NCBI GenBank assembly: GCA_030390025.1
Contig: CM059425.1
Span: 163,930,001 to 163,994,000, forward strand
DNA length: 64,000 nucleotides
Source: Squalus acanthias
Lineage: Eukaryota
Direction: 5' to 3'
The translations under genes and the position numbers were made by a program. The notes below the pieces were generated by a model, which did not search any database, was not told the origin of the DNA, and was given only the letters and a program-made list of their open reading frames with translations. This document shows positions 38,123 through 51,527 of the stretch, one piece after another; position 1 is the stretch's first letter; each line of letters opens with the position of its first letter.

Positions 38123-39283
38123 CTAGAAGCGGCTTGCTATTAGCCGTTGACGGACGGCCCTTGCAGTTTGACCATTGTGGGCCGCCCTCCCGCCTTGGTG
38201 CTGCTGATGATCATCGTCCTCGTCCTCTTCCTCCTCTTCCTCCTCCTCCTCTGGTGGTGCTACAAGGCCTGGTGGCATTGGCTGGGTCCTGAGGATTGCC
38301 ATGTTGTGCAACATGCAGCACACGACTACGAAGTTCGATACTTGCTCAGGCGAGTACTGCAGGGCTCCTCTGGAATGGTCCAGACAGCGGAACCGTTGTT
38401 TCAGCACGCCGATTGTGCGCTCAATAATGTTCCTGGTTGCTTGATGGCTTTCATTGTACCGCAGCTCAGCAGGGGTGTTTGGCGTACGGAGCGGTGTCAT
38501 CAGCCAGGTGCTCAATGCATACCCCTTGTCCCCGAGAAGCCAACCAACTGGCTGATGCGGTGCCTCGAAAAGTTCTGCCACAGTAGTCTGGCGCAGGATA
38601 AAAGCATCGTGGCAGCTGCCAGGATAGTGGGCATTGACAGCGAGTATCAGCTGTCTGTGGTCACAGACCAACTGGACATTCAAGGAATGGAACCCCTTTC
38701 TGTTCCTGAATTCCTCTGCATTCTCATGCGGAGCACGCAAAGCCACATGCGTGCAGTCAATGGCGCCCTGCACCATGGGGAAGCCCGCTACCCTTGCAAA
38801 GCCCAGAGCGCGGTCACGCTGCTTGTCTGGGGTCATAGGGAAAGAGATGAACTCTCGTCTCCTTCTGAAGAGGGCATTTGTGACCTGCCGGATGCAGCGA
38901 TGCACCGCGAACTGGGAGATATTGGCGAGGTCCCCAACAGCAGCTTGGAATGAGCCAGTGGCGTAGAAGTTCAAAGCCACTGTGACCTTCACTGCCACTG
39001 ACAGAGACGTCCTGGACCTCAGTTGAGGCTGCAGATCTGGCTGCAGCAGGTGGCAGAGCTCAGTGACCACCTCCTTGCTGAATCGCAGCCTTCGCAAACA
39101 CAGCTCCTCGGACATATGGATGTAGGAGAGCTGTTCACGATATACCCTGGGAGGGTAAGCTCTCCTGTACATGCGCCTGATGGCCCTCCTCCATCTGGCC
39201 ATCATTGCCACTCTCTCTCTGCGTCTCTGTATCCTCCGATTCAGCTGGAGCAGGACGACGCCCCCAATCAGTGCAGCCCCCAT
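38123..39283 (-). CDS. Harbinger (HARBI1-like) DDE transposase, intact ORF of about 386 aa from MGAALIGG
   Basis: Uninterrupted ORF with [38 protein letters not shown] and CCMLHN; TATA-like TATTTAAAGGGG upstream at about 39474-39485. Confidence 0.93.
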   Translation of the reverse strand: MGAALIGGVVLLQLNRRIQRRRERVAMMARWRRAIRRMYRRAYPPRVYREQLSYIHMSEELCLRRLRFSKEVVTELCHLLQPDLQPQLRSRTSLSVAVKVTVALNFYATGSFQAAVGDLANISQFAVHRCIRQVTNALFRRRREFISFPMTPDKQRDRALGFARVAGFPMVQGAIDCTHVALRAPHENAEEFRNRKGFHSLNVQLVCDHRQLILAVNAHYPGSCHDAFILRQTTVAELFEAPHQPVGWLLGDKGYALSTWLMTPLRTPNTPAELRYNESHQATRNIIERTIGVLKQRFRCLDHSRGALQYSPEQVSNFVVVCCMLHNMAILRTQPMPPGLVAPPEEEEEEEEEDEDDDHQQHQGGRAAHNGQTARAVRQRLIASRF

Positions 39284-40415
39284 ATTCTCTTTGCAAGAAA
39301 AGTAATGAGGGACAGCAACTAAAGTAGCAACAAAGTTAGGATGAATAGGCAAAACTACCTCACAAAGCGTTGAGTCAATGTAGAAGTCTCTCTCTCTCTC
39401 TCTCCGAATCTCTCTCTCTCTCTCAGAACGAGTGGTGCATAAATGTCGACCACAGAAAAAGACAGGAAGAGGCCCCCTTTAAATAGCGCCCCCCCCAGCC
39501 CCACAGCGATTGATAGCGTTCCAGTCTTCCGGTCGTTGGAAGCGCCAGGCGGTAAGGCAGGGGGCGCCACTCAATTTCCACTCCGGGGCGCCACAAGGGC
39601 GTTGCACCATGGAATGACGTCATAATCTGCGCGCGCAGGTGGTCGCAGCGGTAAGTTTTAGCGCCGCCGCACAATCTCTAGTTAAGTTCTCGAGCAGCGC
39701 AAACATCGCTGCGCCCAGGCGTTAGCGGCTTTGCGCCCCATTAGCGCCCTCTTAAGGCGCTAACGGGAGGCGCAACCAACTGAATTTTTACCCCTTTGTT
39801 TTTTGTAGGTGGGGGGAGGAAAGAAGAAAAGGCCGGAACATCGTGCGGGGGTTTGTGTGAGTGTGTGTGGCCTTGTCAATAACTGGGCTGCACACACCAC
39901 TACTGAGAACCCCTCCCCCATTGCCTGGCGCGGGATAGCTGGAGCTGCCTGGGTGAAGTCACCTCTTAATTTACATCGTTAAGACCTGGTGGAGGACTGT
40001 GCCTGGGCGTCTCCAGCTATCCCCAGGTGAAGACATCTTCTCCCCCCACCAGAAGAGGAGACCACCATCAAAGACTTTATTTTCCATCAGGAGAGTGCAC
40101 TCCCTGACATCACCCACCCACCATCGGAGGGTAGCGACCCCACCGCTGCAGCCTCCCTCCTTCCCCCACCCCTCTCTCTCTCTCTTTGGTTTCTCTCTCT
40201 GCCTCTCCAAAAGGCACCTTTAATTTAAAAAAAATGAATGAATTGCTCATTGAGCAGAGGGGAGAAGGCCCCTCTCCCAATTAAGACAACAAAGGGAGAG
40301 GTGTGCTTCATTAAAACGGCACCCTCTGCTCGGAGAGCATAACACAACCAAGGCCATTAACACCATCAGGCCTGAGACGAGGGGTAAGTGTAGCCCTTTG
40401 AGGATTAACCCCACG

Positions 40416-42341
40416 ATGGTGAGCTCATCATCGCCGGTGGCGGGGTCAGCCAGATCATACGCGGGTGTGGCAGCCACGGCCACGGCTAATCCCGCTGCTT
40501 CTGCTGCCCCGTCACCATTTAGGTTGATCACCAAAAAACACGGGGTGAAGAGTTACACGCACCCCAACATGACCATCGAGGCCTGCGTCCAAGCCATGGC
40601 CGGGGTTGTCGGCCCCTCGGCCATTGTAGCGGCCCCGAAAATGTACGGGAAGGCTGTGTTCTTCCTGCGGTCCAAGCGGGCGGTGGCCCTGGCCGTAACA
40701 AAGGGGCTCACCGTGGGCGGGACCTTCCTGCCGGTGGATCCTCTCAAGGCCACCGCGCAGAGGATCCTGATCTCCAACGTCCCGCCCTTTGTTTCGGGTG
40801 AGCTCCTCCTCCCCCACCTGCGTCAACTGGAGGAGGTGAGGTCGGGGGAGGCCTGTCAGGAGGTGGGGCACCTAAGAAAGAACTGCCCCGCCTCCAAGGC
40901 TGCCAAGACACCTGGGGCGGCCGGGGCTGGCACCACCGCCGCTCCCCCCCTGTTCCTGTCCGCGCATCCGCGACACCTGATGCGCAGTCGATGTCGGAGG
41001 TCAACGTCACCACGGCCTCCGGCGGGGGGGAGGGGGAGCGTCCGCGCAGAAAGAAGTCGCAGCGGAAAAACCAAAACCTTCAGGCGGGTCCCCTCGACAT
41101 ACAGGATGACCTACCGGAACTTACGCCCGCGTGCCTCGTGGAGATAGCGGCGGAGTTCCAGAGTGAGAGGGACCTCACGCCCGGGCCTGTGACCGCAACC
41201 GCCGAGGCGGGAAAATCAAGATCTGCGGCCGGGCGCGAGGTCCCTCCCACTCTGGAACTCCGCCGCTATCTCCGCTCAGCAGGAAGGAACGGCGGGGGAG
41301 GCCTCTGCAGACATGGAGGTCTCCCTGCCTCCGTGTCCCTCCACACTAAAAAGGAGGCGCAGTGCCCTGGAGGAGGGGGAGGAACGCGAGGAACAGGGTC
41401 CGTCCTCGCAAGGGGAGTCGTCGGCCACCGCAGGTACTGCGCCCCCCCCCACCGTCACCGTCACCGTCACCATGAGCAATCGGCAGGCGTTGCCTGTCCC
41501 TCAGGAGGGTACGACAGACGAGTCTGTCCAGCCTGTGCCTCCCGGGGATGGGGAAGAGACCCTGCTCGTGGGGGGGGGGGGGGCGGCCGCGGAACTCATA
41601 ATCGAACCACCGTTACTTCTCGCCGGGTCGGGCGTCCTGTGGACTGGGGCGAGTGAGGCCTTTGAGGCTGAGCTCGCCCAAGACAGTCAGGCAATATCCC
41701 AGGGGCTGGTCGAGAACCTCAACAAGGCTCCTCGGTCCGCTGGGTCGGTTGCTGGTGGTGGTGAAGGGGAAGGCCCCCTGACTCCGTCTCCGACGCTGGC
41801 GCCGGGGGTGTTGGGGGAACTGGGAATATTGTTCTCCCCGGTTTCCCCGTATCGCCCGGTGCCGGGGGCAGAGGGGGGCCCTGAGCCGCCGCTGCTTCCT
41901 GACCCGGCATCCCCGGGGGAGCCCAGTGAGGACTCCTCTGCCGCCGATCCTGGGGGTGGGATCAAGACAGAGGCAGGGCCGGCTGATGGCAACCTCCCGG
42001 AGGAGGACGGGGACCCGGCGGAGGGCACCGAGGACGACTTGGACTCCGTCGCCAGCGAGGCGGCGGATGTCCTCGTGCCCCCCTCCGGGTCCCCCCTCAT
42101 CCCCGTTGTGGAACTCCGGGATTTTCTGGCCACGTGCCAGGGTCGCCGCAATAAAATCCGGCTGGCCCTCGACAGATGGTCGGATCTGGCGCTGCTCATC
42201 AGCTCTGTCTACGCCGCCGCTAAAGCCATGGGCGCGGACGTGGGCGTGCGCCCGCCCGAGCAGCGTCGGATCCAAAAGTTCCTCGCTGGGCTGAGGAGGG
42301 AGTGGCGGTCGACTAGTGGCTGCGCTCCCTCCTCCCGTTAG
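40416..42341 (+). pseudogene. Tx1 ORF1 (gag-like nucleic-acid-binding protein), internally deleted and frameshifted
   Basis: KMYGKAVFFL and RILISNVPPFV, then an abrupt join to a partial knuckle ACQEVGHLRKNC; continues through ORFs 40991 and 41313. Confidence 0.8.
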
Positions 42342-42372
42342 GGTTAGGTAGAGGTTGCACTATGCTCTTGTC

Positions 42373-45300
42373 ATGAAGATAACCATAGCCAGCCTCAACA
42401 TCAACGGCAGCAGAGAGGCGCGCCGTAGATTTAATAACTTCTCGGTCCTCCGGGATGGTAGGTATGCGGTGTGCTTCCTGCAAGAAACCCACACCGTTCC
42501 GGAGGACGAGGCCACGTGGCTCCTGGAGTGGCAAGGAGGGGTCAGCATGAGTCACCTCTCCAACTATTCCTGCGGGGTGGCTATCTTGCTGGCCATGCAT
42601 TTTCAGCTGGAGATCTTGGGGGTCAAGGAGCACTGTTGGCCTGGAGGGCGTGCCGCTCCATTTAGTGAACGTATACGCCCCCCAGGCCGGTGCGCAGCAA
42701 GTGCGCTTCTTTGAAGAAGTGTCCGCTCTGCTGGGCTCCGTCGACGTCGGCGAGTGCGTCATCCTCGGGGGGGATTTTAACTGCACCCTCGAGGCAAGGG
42801 ACCATTGGGGTCCCCCGCAATGCCCGGCAGCGATGGAGAAGTTGTGGGACCTGGTCGGGTCCTTCGACTTGGTGGACGTCTGGTGGAATCTCCATCCCGA
42901 CTCCAGTGCCTTCACTTACGTGAGGTCTGGAGGAGGAAGGTCCAGAATCGACCGCCTTTACATTTCCCGGGCGTACGTCTCCTGCGTTCCGGCGGCTTCC
43001 ATGCGGCCGGTGCCGTGCACGGACCACCACCTGGTGTGGGCGGAGATCGCTCCGTTGCACGCGCCGGGGGGGTCCGCGAACTGGCATTTTAACAACCTGC
43101 TTCTGGAGGACGAGCGGTTCCGGGATTCGTTTTGTCGGTTCTGGGCTGACTGGAGAAGGAAGCTGGGGGGCTTCCCCTCCTTGAGGCTATGGTGGGACGT
43201 GGGCAAGGCTCACGTCCGTCTCTTCTGTCAGGGGTACGCGAGGGGGTCGACCAAGAGGTGGGAGGCCCGGGTCGGGCGGTTGGAGAGGGAGGTGCTCGAC
43301 CTGGAGTCCCGTTTCGGTCAAGTCGTCGAGGACCCGGCCCTGCGGAAGGTGTACGAAGAGAAGAAGGGCGCGCTGAAGGACCTGCAGCTGGTCGGGTCCC
43401 GAGGCGCGTACGTGAGGTCGCGGATCCAGATCCTCCGGGACCTCTACCACGGCTTCCCCTTCTTCTACTCGCTGGAAAAAAGATGGGGGGTCCGTAAGCA
43501 GCTTTTGGGGCTGCTGGCCGACGACGGATCTCTGGTCTCGGATCCGGAGGGAATCAGCACGGAGACCCGGGCCTATTACGGGGCTCTGTTCTCTCCGGAT
43601 CCGTCCAGCGAGGATGCGCGCAGAGTTTTGTGGGAGGACCTGCCGAAGGTCGGCCCAGAGGGTGCTGAAAAATTGGACGCTCCGCTAGGCCTGGCGGAGC
43701 TGACCGGCGCCCTCGGCCAGCTCTCGAGGAGAAAGTCCCCGGGGCTGGACGGGCTGACCGTGGAGTTCCACAGGGCATTCTGGGACGTCTTGGGGGCGAC
43801 TACGTTCGGGTCTTGGGGGAAAGTCTGGCGACCGGGGAGATGCCCCTCTCATGGCGCAAGGCGGTCATTGTCCTGCTGCCTAAGAAGGGCGATCTCCGCC
43901 TTCTTAAGAACTGGCGCCCGGTCTCCCTCCTCAGCATGGACTACAAAATTTTTGCCAGGGCTATGTCTGCTCGCCTTGGCACCGTGCTGGCCCACATGAT
44001 CCACCCCGACCAGTCCTACATGGTCCCGGGCCGGACCATCCACGATAACATCCATCTGGTCCGGGACCTGGTCCACCATTCCCAGAGGGCTGGTCTGTCG
44101 GTCGCCTTCCTTTCCCTGGATCAGGAGAAGGCGTTCAACAGGGTGGATCACGAGTATCTTTTTGGAACTCTGCGCGCATTCGGGTTCGGGACGCATTTCG
44201 TCGCCCGGATCCGACTTCTGTATGCCGCCGCGGAGTGTCTGATTAAAGTTAACGGGTCTTTGACGGCGCCCCTTCGCTTCGGGAGGGGGGTGCGCCAGGG
44301 ATGCCCCATGTTCGGTCAGTTATACGCCGTCTGCGTGGAGCTTTTCCTGCGCCTCTTGCGGAAGAGGTTGACGGGACTGGCTCTGCAAGGGCCGGGCGTG
44401 GAGGTCGTCCTCTCGGCTTACGCCAATGACGTGCTGCTCATGGTCACGGATCCCGTCGACTTGCGGAGGATGCGAGAATGCCAGCAGATTTACTCGGACG
44501 CATCCTCCACCAGGATCAACTGGGAGAAATGTTCTGGACTCCTGGTGGGCCAGTGGCGGGTGGACTCCCTGCCGGAGGAGTTCAGGCCCTTCGCCTGGAG
44601 CACCACACACCTCCTCTACTTGGGAGTCTACCTCAGCCCCGCTGAGGATGCCTGGCCGGCGAACTGGCAAGAGCTGGAGACTAAAGCCACCGCTCACCTA
44701 GGACGCTGGACAGGACAGCTCCGAGTGTTGTCCTACAGGGGTCGAGCGCTGGTCATAAACCAGCTGGTGGTCGCCATGTTGTGGTACCAGTTGGTCACTT
44801 TGATCCCGCCCCCTGCGTTTGTCATCAAGATGCAGAAGAAGCTCATCGACTTCTTCTGGGACAAAAGGAAGCACTGGGTCTCTGCCGTGGTTCTGAGTCT
44901 CCCACTTAGGGAGGGCGGTCAGGTGCTGGTGTGCCTTCGCACCCGGGCGGCGACTTTCCATCTTTGGACGCTGCAGAGATACCTGTACGTGGAGAATCCT
45001 CCTCGATGGTGTGCGCTGGCGATGTATTTCTTCCGCCAGCTGCACGGCCTCAACTACGACACACAGCTCCTGTTTGTGGAATTGGGCTGTACGCGAGCCT
45101 ACCTGCGGGAGCTGCCTGTCTTCTACCAGGAACTGCTCTGGGTCTGGAATAGCGTTGCCTCCAGGCGCAGTTCTCCCCCGTCAGGAGTGACGGCTCTCCT
45201 TCGGGAGCCGCTGTTCAGGAATCCGCACCTCCGCGACCGCTGGATCGGGCGGCTGGCGGAGGGCAGGGCTGTGCCTGGCAAGGTGACCAGGGTCGGGGAC

Positions 45301-46244
45301 CTGCTCGATGGTGGAGGAGCGGGCTGGATGGCGCCGGAGGAGTTGGCGCAGCGCCTGTCCTGGGCCGACGTCCGGCTCGCGGCCAAATCCATCGAGTCGC
45401 TGAAAGCAGCACTGGGCCCCGAGTCCACTAGGTGTATCGAGGAGGCTCAAGCACGTGGGGCGATCCCGTCCAAACTGACCCCTGTTTGGACGGAATTCCT
45501 CATCGGCGCGCGGCCCCGAAACCCCTCTCGGGAACCGGCGCCTCACAACTTGAGCCGTCTCGGGGAAATGCCCTCCGTGCCCTTTAGCTCTGTGCGGAGG
45601 AGTTTCCTGTACGGGCTGCTCCTGCACACTCTCCACTTTGCCATCTTCGCCTGCCGTCCAGACACGCCTTGGCATGCCATCTTGCCGTCCAGCGGAGGCG
45701 GAGGTCCCCAATGGAGGGCTCTCTACGCGGGAGTCCTCCCTTTATCTATTGGGGACTTGGCCTGGAGGGTGTTGCACGGAGCAGTCCCGTGCAATAAGAT
45801 TTTAAACAGGTTCACGGCTCCCAGGCCGCTTGCTATTTTTGCGGCCTAGAGGAGTCCGTGTTCCATATTTATGTGGAATGTGTGAGGTTGCAGCCCCTGT
45901 TCCACTATTTGAAGGGGCTGCTCCTTGATTTTTGGCTGCACTCCAGTCCCATGCTCCTGATCTACGGTCACCCGGTGCGGAGGGGAGCGGGCAGGTCGGA
46001 GGACCTCCTCATAGGACTGCTCCTGGGCCTGGCCAAAGTGGCCATTAATAGGTCCAGGCAGCGGGCGGTCGAGGGGGTCATTCGGCCCGATTGCCTGCCT
46101 CTTTTCCACGGCTATGTTCGCGCCCGAGTCGCCCTGGAGATGGAGCACGCGGTGTCCGCCGGCACGCTTGAGGCCTTCCAGGACTGGTGGGCGCCGCGGG
46201 GACTGGAGTGCATTATCACCCTGGCCAGCGTGATTTTAGTTTAA
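42373..46244 (+). pseudogene. Tx1 ORF2 (APE endonuclease and reverse transcriptase), inactivated
   Basis: MKITIASLNING, FLQETH, GGDFNC, SRIDR, TDHH; NWRPVSLL, LDQEKAF, GVRQGCP. The catalytic YADD reads YAND (44419-44430). Frame breaks near 42630, 43795 and 45820. Confidence 0.92.
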
Positions 46245-46249
46245 TTTGA

Positions 46250-46621
<372 letters not shown>

Positions 46622-46643
46622 TTGTTGAGCTGCGGGCGCCTGT

Positions 46644-47168
46644 CGTGGCTTCAGAGGCAGCTTGCCGGTATTTGATCTCCAATTTGGACTGGCTGCCTTG
46701 CCAGCAGTGGCCCTCAGGTTAGTCCTGGGAAGGGAAGGATGGGAGGAGGGCTAACATGGGCCAGCAGCAGACCGTAGTAGTGCTGTGGAACTGAGAGTAA
46801 AAACGGGCGCAGTAGGGTCCAATTTCTAGGCCACTGAATCTGTAACTCACTCCTTCGAGCAGAGGTTCCATGTGGCCAATGCTTTCCTCCCACTAGTAGG
46901 TTCCATTGTTTGGGGAAATTGCTGTGTTAAAATTAATCTGGGCTTGCCTGTATATCATGGGATCAAATGGCTTGTTTATTGCACTTAAAAAATGTCAGTA
47001 TTATTGATGCTGCCACTGTATTGAATGGCCCTCTGTGTTCTCTTTTGGTGTGTTGTTTAAACAAATCGACTGTAAATTAATAAAACTTTAAATAATACTT
47101 AACAAATTAAATTAAAATTGCATTGGCCGGGGTGATAATGCACTCCAGTCCCCGCGGCGCCCACCAGT
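46644..47168 (+). repeat. 525-bp direct repeat, copy 2
   Basis: Matches 34813-35337; contains a MITE right end, unique spacer and the 3' tip of the minus-strand Tx1. Confidence 0.95.
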
Positions 47169-47441
47169 CGCGGAAGGCCTCAAGCGTGCCGGTGGACACC
47201 GTGTGCTCCATCTCCAGCACCACCCAGGCGCAAACATAGCCGCGGAAGAGAGGCAGGCAATTGGGCCGAACGACCCCCTCGACCACCCCCTGCCTGGACC
47301 TGTTTATGGCTATTTTCGCCAGGCCCAGGAGCAGTCCTACGAGGCGGTCCTCCGATCTGCCCGCTCCCCTCCACACCGGGTGACCAAAGATCAGGAGTGT
47401 GGGACTGAAGTGCAGCCAAAAATCGAGGAGCAGCCCCTTCA
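47039..47441 (-). mobile_element. 5'-truncated Tx1 LINE 3' end
   Basis: LKGLLLDFWLHFSP...RGLECIITPANAILI*; 15-bp TSD AATGGCCCTCTGTGT at 47024-47038 and 47442-47456. Confidence 0.93.
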
Positions 47442-47912
47442 AATGGCCCTCTGTGTGAGTGTTAGAGCACATGTCTTACCGTATCTCCATCAAACAGCAA
47501 AATCATGTGCTATGTAACATTCAACTAACACTCAATTTGCACAGCAATAGCAATTTCTGGACTATTCTAAGATTAAACTTGCGACCTTAAATGTATGTAA
47601 TTAACTGCCACACCTTGTATCACTAGATTCCTGAAGTTACAATGGGCGTGAATGGCTCCCAAACAATATGCTTAATTTGCAGTGAAATCACATAAATCTA
47701 CTTCTATTTCAAATTCAGGTGTATTCGTATAAGATGTTCAAAAAAATTGAGAATAATTTATGTATGATTCTAACCAGAGGTTACTGTGCCCTTTGCAGTA
47801 CAAGCATAACACGTGTTGTGATTTTTCTTTAAAGGGAAAGTGTAGTGCAGGGTGAGTACAAAGAATGTGGATCAAGCCCAACATGAATTCTGTTCAACTA
47901 GTTCCTTGTTTC

Positions 47913-48210
47913 ATAAGAACATATAAGAACATAAGAATTAGGAGCAGGAGTAGGCCATACGGCCCCTCGAGCCTGTTCCGTCATTCAATAAGATCGTGGC
48001 TGATCTTCGACCTCAACTCCACTTTCCCGCCCAATCTCCATATCTCTTGATTCCCCATGAGTCTAAAAATCTATCGATCTCAGCCTTGAATATACTCAAC
48101 GACTGAGCATCCACAGCCCTTTGAGACAGAGAATTCCAAAGATTCACAACCCTCTGAGTGAAGAAATTCCTCCCTGTCTTAGTCTTAAAAGGCCAACTCT
48201 TTATCCTTTT
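47913..48210 (-). mobile_element. Short CR1 3' end
   Basis: CR1 3'UTR with (TTCTTATG)n tail, similar to 8348-8640. Confidence 0.88.
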
Positions 48211-48269
48211 ATTTTACTTTATTCACTTTTCCTTTTTATCAATAATCGTCTTCAAATAGCCACTGGCAA

Positions 48270-50520
48270 GCATGATGGAGCTGGAAGAATAGGGAGTAGG
48301 TAAAGATGTGTCACTTTTCACTGGAGGATGAGGAGAAGGCTATCCATGGCTTCAGAGTCATAGGACACAGATCTCACCTGAAAAGAAGGAAGTTCGATGA
48401 AAATCACACCGACATGCAAGCTCTGAGGTCAGTCTCTGAGGATGTGCAGCAAGTGACAGGTATGAGTCTTCAATCTGCAGCTGTCCTTTGTGGTAATATC
48501 AGGCAAACATTTTCTTCATTGCAAAAAGAAGGATGTTCAAGGAATATCACACCTATCTGCTGGCTCTTAGGACATGCAGCAACTGACAACTGTGACTATG
48601 GGGTCAACAGCCCTCGTTTACGGAAATATCAGGAAAGCTGTTTCTTTGTTGCAGGCATCAATGGAGTGTATCGAATCTTCATGGGAAGATGCAGTAGGCA
48701 CTTAAGAAGCAGCCAGGGACCAGCCTTCTCTTCCACAAAAGCACAAAGTGCAGCCCTGTGGTGCTAGGGAACAGATTAAATATCATTCTGCATGCAGACT
48801 TCCAGAGTATGATATCTGGAACTGATAGCTGTCATTAGACCAGCCAACGTGCTGATCAGCGGGGGCACACATGCAGAGCCCAGTGGAATAGTGATGACTG
48901 GAATTCACCTGCCTCAAACTGCCATTTCTCAGGACAGCAGCACATGCCAAGCCTTCCACCTACCCCCTCAGAGCACCATGAGAGGAGGACTACCCCTTTT
49001 TGTACCACAGGAGCAGCCAATCAATTCTTGCGATACCGGCCCTCAGATTGTAGCTAGGAGAAGCACTATTATAGGAAAAAGAAAGGCATGTTTAGCTATC
49101 CAGGGGATGTTAGGAAAGAGTAGGTTGGCATGTGTTCATTTTGGACTTTGCCGTTTTAAAATAGAATGTGTACTTATGTTGTGCTTTATTATTCATGGAG
49201 GTTAGAGTCATACTGGAAAGAGTGCACTTATTTCATGCTGGCTTATTCAATCAGGTGATTATTATTGGCATAGTCATACAAGGACGAATAAGTCTGATGT
49301 GTTTTCATGTTTTAGGTTGGGTACTGGATTGAAGAATTAGTCATTTATTTGACGGTAGGGGAGAAGGATTTAAGGCAGTAGTGACAAAGACAAACTGTGT
49401 TAAACAGAAACAAAGACTTCAGTGACCAGTTTTGCTCTGATGCCCCTTGCAGCAGTCACGGTGGAATCCTCTGAGTGATGGTCTTTGTGCTGCTGTCCTC
49501 CATGCACTTCTACCTCCAAAGCAATTAGGGAAACCTCTGCATTCATGTCCAAATCTAGGCCTTTTTGGGTGACAAAGTGATGCAGACACATGATCTGGAG
49601 TGTACTGCAGAGCCCCTCCCAACCTGTGTAGGCAGCAAAAGCATCCCTTTAAGCCCCCAGTGGTTCTCCTAATGACCAATCTTGTAGAGGCTTGTGCCTC
49701 TGCTGCTGTTCGGCTAACTCTTAGTGGGGTCATTAACCATGGGAGCAGGGAGTAGACCTTGTTACCCACGAGCCATCTGCTGACATGATTGTCTTCTTTG
49801 AAGAGGTCAAGGAGGGCTGAATTTGATATGGTGTATCATGCCAATTTCTAGCATACCTTGTGTTGATGTGCTGGATCCTTTGTCTGATGTTGCAAACAGT
49901 CTGCACATTCAGGGAGTGGAAGCTCTTTCTGTTGAGGTAATTTAAGGGTTTTCTGTGGGAAGTCACAAACCAACATGAGCATGATCTATTTCATCCTAGA
50001 CCTTGGGAAAACCAGCAAACCCCTAAAACTGGATGGCCTTGCTTTGGTGCTGCTTTGTTGTGATGCCAAAAGTCAATGAATTCCCCAGCTCCCCTCTCAG
50101 GTGCATCATTCACTTGACTAATACAAGGCCGTGCTGCACCCTGGCTGATATGACAAAGATCCCCAGTGGCTGCCAGAAATGAGCCTGTGCCATAAAAGTT
50201 TAGTGCGGTTGTCACCTTCGTAGCCACAGACAGAGCAGTGTGTGCAGATGACCAAGGCTGCAGGTCTTCATGCAGTCGGAGCAGAGCTCTCTTATTGCCT
50301 CTTTGGTGAAACACTCTTCTAATACACAACTCCTCATTAAGGTTTTCATAGGATCTGTTTTGCCTGTATTTTCTTCGGGAGTGGGGTAATGTCTAGTGCA
50401 TTATCCTTGAATGCTGCCTCACTCTTCTTTCTTCCATCCTCTACAGCTGCTGCTTCTCCTCCAGGATAATGATGTACAAAGGTATGTCCATAGGGAATGC
50501 CATACCTGCTCCTGAAAAGT
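48270..50520. mobile_element. Old degenerate Harbinger (Myb-like remnant on +, transposase pseudogene on - at about 49400-50510); ends not found
   Basis: [49 protein letters not shown] and GGALQYTP in broken frames. Confidence 0.8.
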
Positions 50521-51020
50521 GGGTAGTGAGGGGGTCAAGTTCTCCCAGTGGTCTCACACTGCCAGAAATAGAAGTCAGTCCAAGGCTGTGCAGATAGAAT
50601 TTTAAAGAAACACTCCGAAAGTCATTACCAGCTGCAGTCATCGCTACTCAAACTCTCCACACTCTTAAGGCTCAGAAAATCTTCACTTCTATTTGTCTCA
50701 GCTGATCCTGGCAGCAGCCACAACTTATATCTCTCATTCTAACTCACCACTAGTGCACTGCCAACATAAAACCAGACAATTCAGAGCGCATTATCACTGG
50801 CCTCATTATAATGAGCTGGCTGAGTACTCGGTGGGCAGATCGCAGAAAGGGCCAAATCCTGCTATTTCTTGAGTCAATTCCACTGTCCACTTAAAGAACA
50901 ATCTCAAACTATTTTTTTATTCATTCTCAAGATATGGGCTTCACTGGCAAGGCCAGCAGTTATTGCCCATCCTGAGTTTCCCTGAGACGGTGATGTTGGG
51001 CCTTCTTCGTAAACCACTGT

Positions 51021-51460
51021 GTCAGCTGTGGCTCAGTGGGTAGCATTCTCGACTCTGAGTCAGAAGGTTGTGGGTTCTAAGTCCCACTTCAAAGACTTGA
51101 GCACAAAAATCTAGGCTGACACTCCAGGGGAGTGCTGAGGGAGTGCTGCACTGTCGGAGGTGCCGTCTTTTGGATGAGAAGTTAAACCGAGGCCACGTCT
51201 GCACTCTCAGGTGAATGTAAAAGATCCCATGGCACTATTTCAAAGAAAAGCAGGGGAGTTTTCCCCGGTATCCTGGCCAATATTTATCCTTCAATCAACA
51301 TAACAAGAAAAACAGGTTATGGGAACTTGCTGTGTGCAAATTGGCTGCTGTGTTTCCTACATTACAACAGTGACTACACTTCAAAAGTAATTCATTGGTT
51401 GTAAAGCACTTTGGGACATCTGGTGGTCATAAAAGGCGCTATATAAAAATGCTAGTTTTT
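51021..51460 (+). mobile_element. tRNA-derived Deu-domain SINE (SacSINE1/AmnSINE-like)
   Basis: A box TGGCTCAGTGGG and B-box-like GGTTCTAAGTCC; core GATGAGA..TTAAACCGAGG...TAAAAGATCCCATGGCACT...CCTGGCCAA; L2-like tail. Confidence 0.82.
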
Positions 51461-51527
51461 TCTCACTGCAGTCTGAGTGCTGTAGGTGCTGCCATAATGA
51501 TGTTAGGTAGGGACTCTTTCATCTCTT

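Larger units (their letters stand above)
35648..39794. mobile_element. Full-length PIF/Harbinger DNA transposon (4147 bp) with convergent Myb-like and transposase genes
   Basis: TIRs GGGGTAGAAATT and AATTTTTACCCC (11/12); TSD TTT/TTT; GC-rich subterminal TTAGCGCC repeats; two convergent genes. Confidence 0.95.

Noticed and set aside
38123..39352. Domesticated host gene HARBI1 with a NAIF1/MSANTD-like partner
   Set aside because: Both genes lie between TIRs with a TSD and have several degenerate relatives in the window, so this is a transposon. The 23 codons upstream of MGAAL are probably non-coding leader.
40500..46150. Many long overlapping ORFs on both strands, and a CpG island
   Set aside because: Expected shadow ORFs and CpG content of a GC-rich Tx1 LINE; no independent protein motifs.
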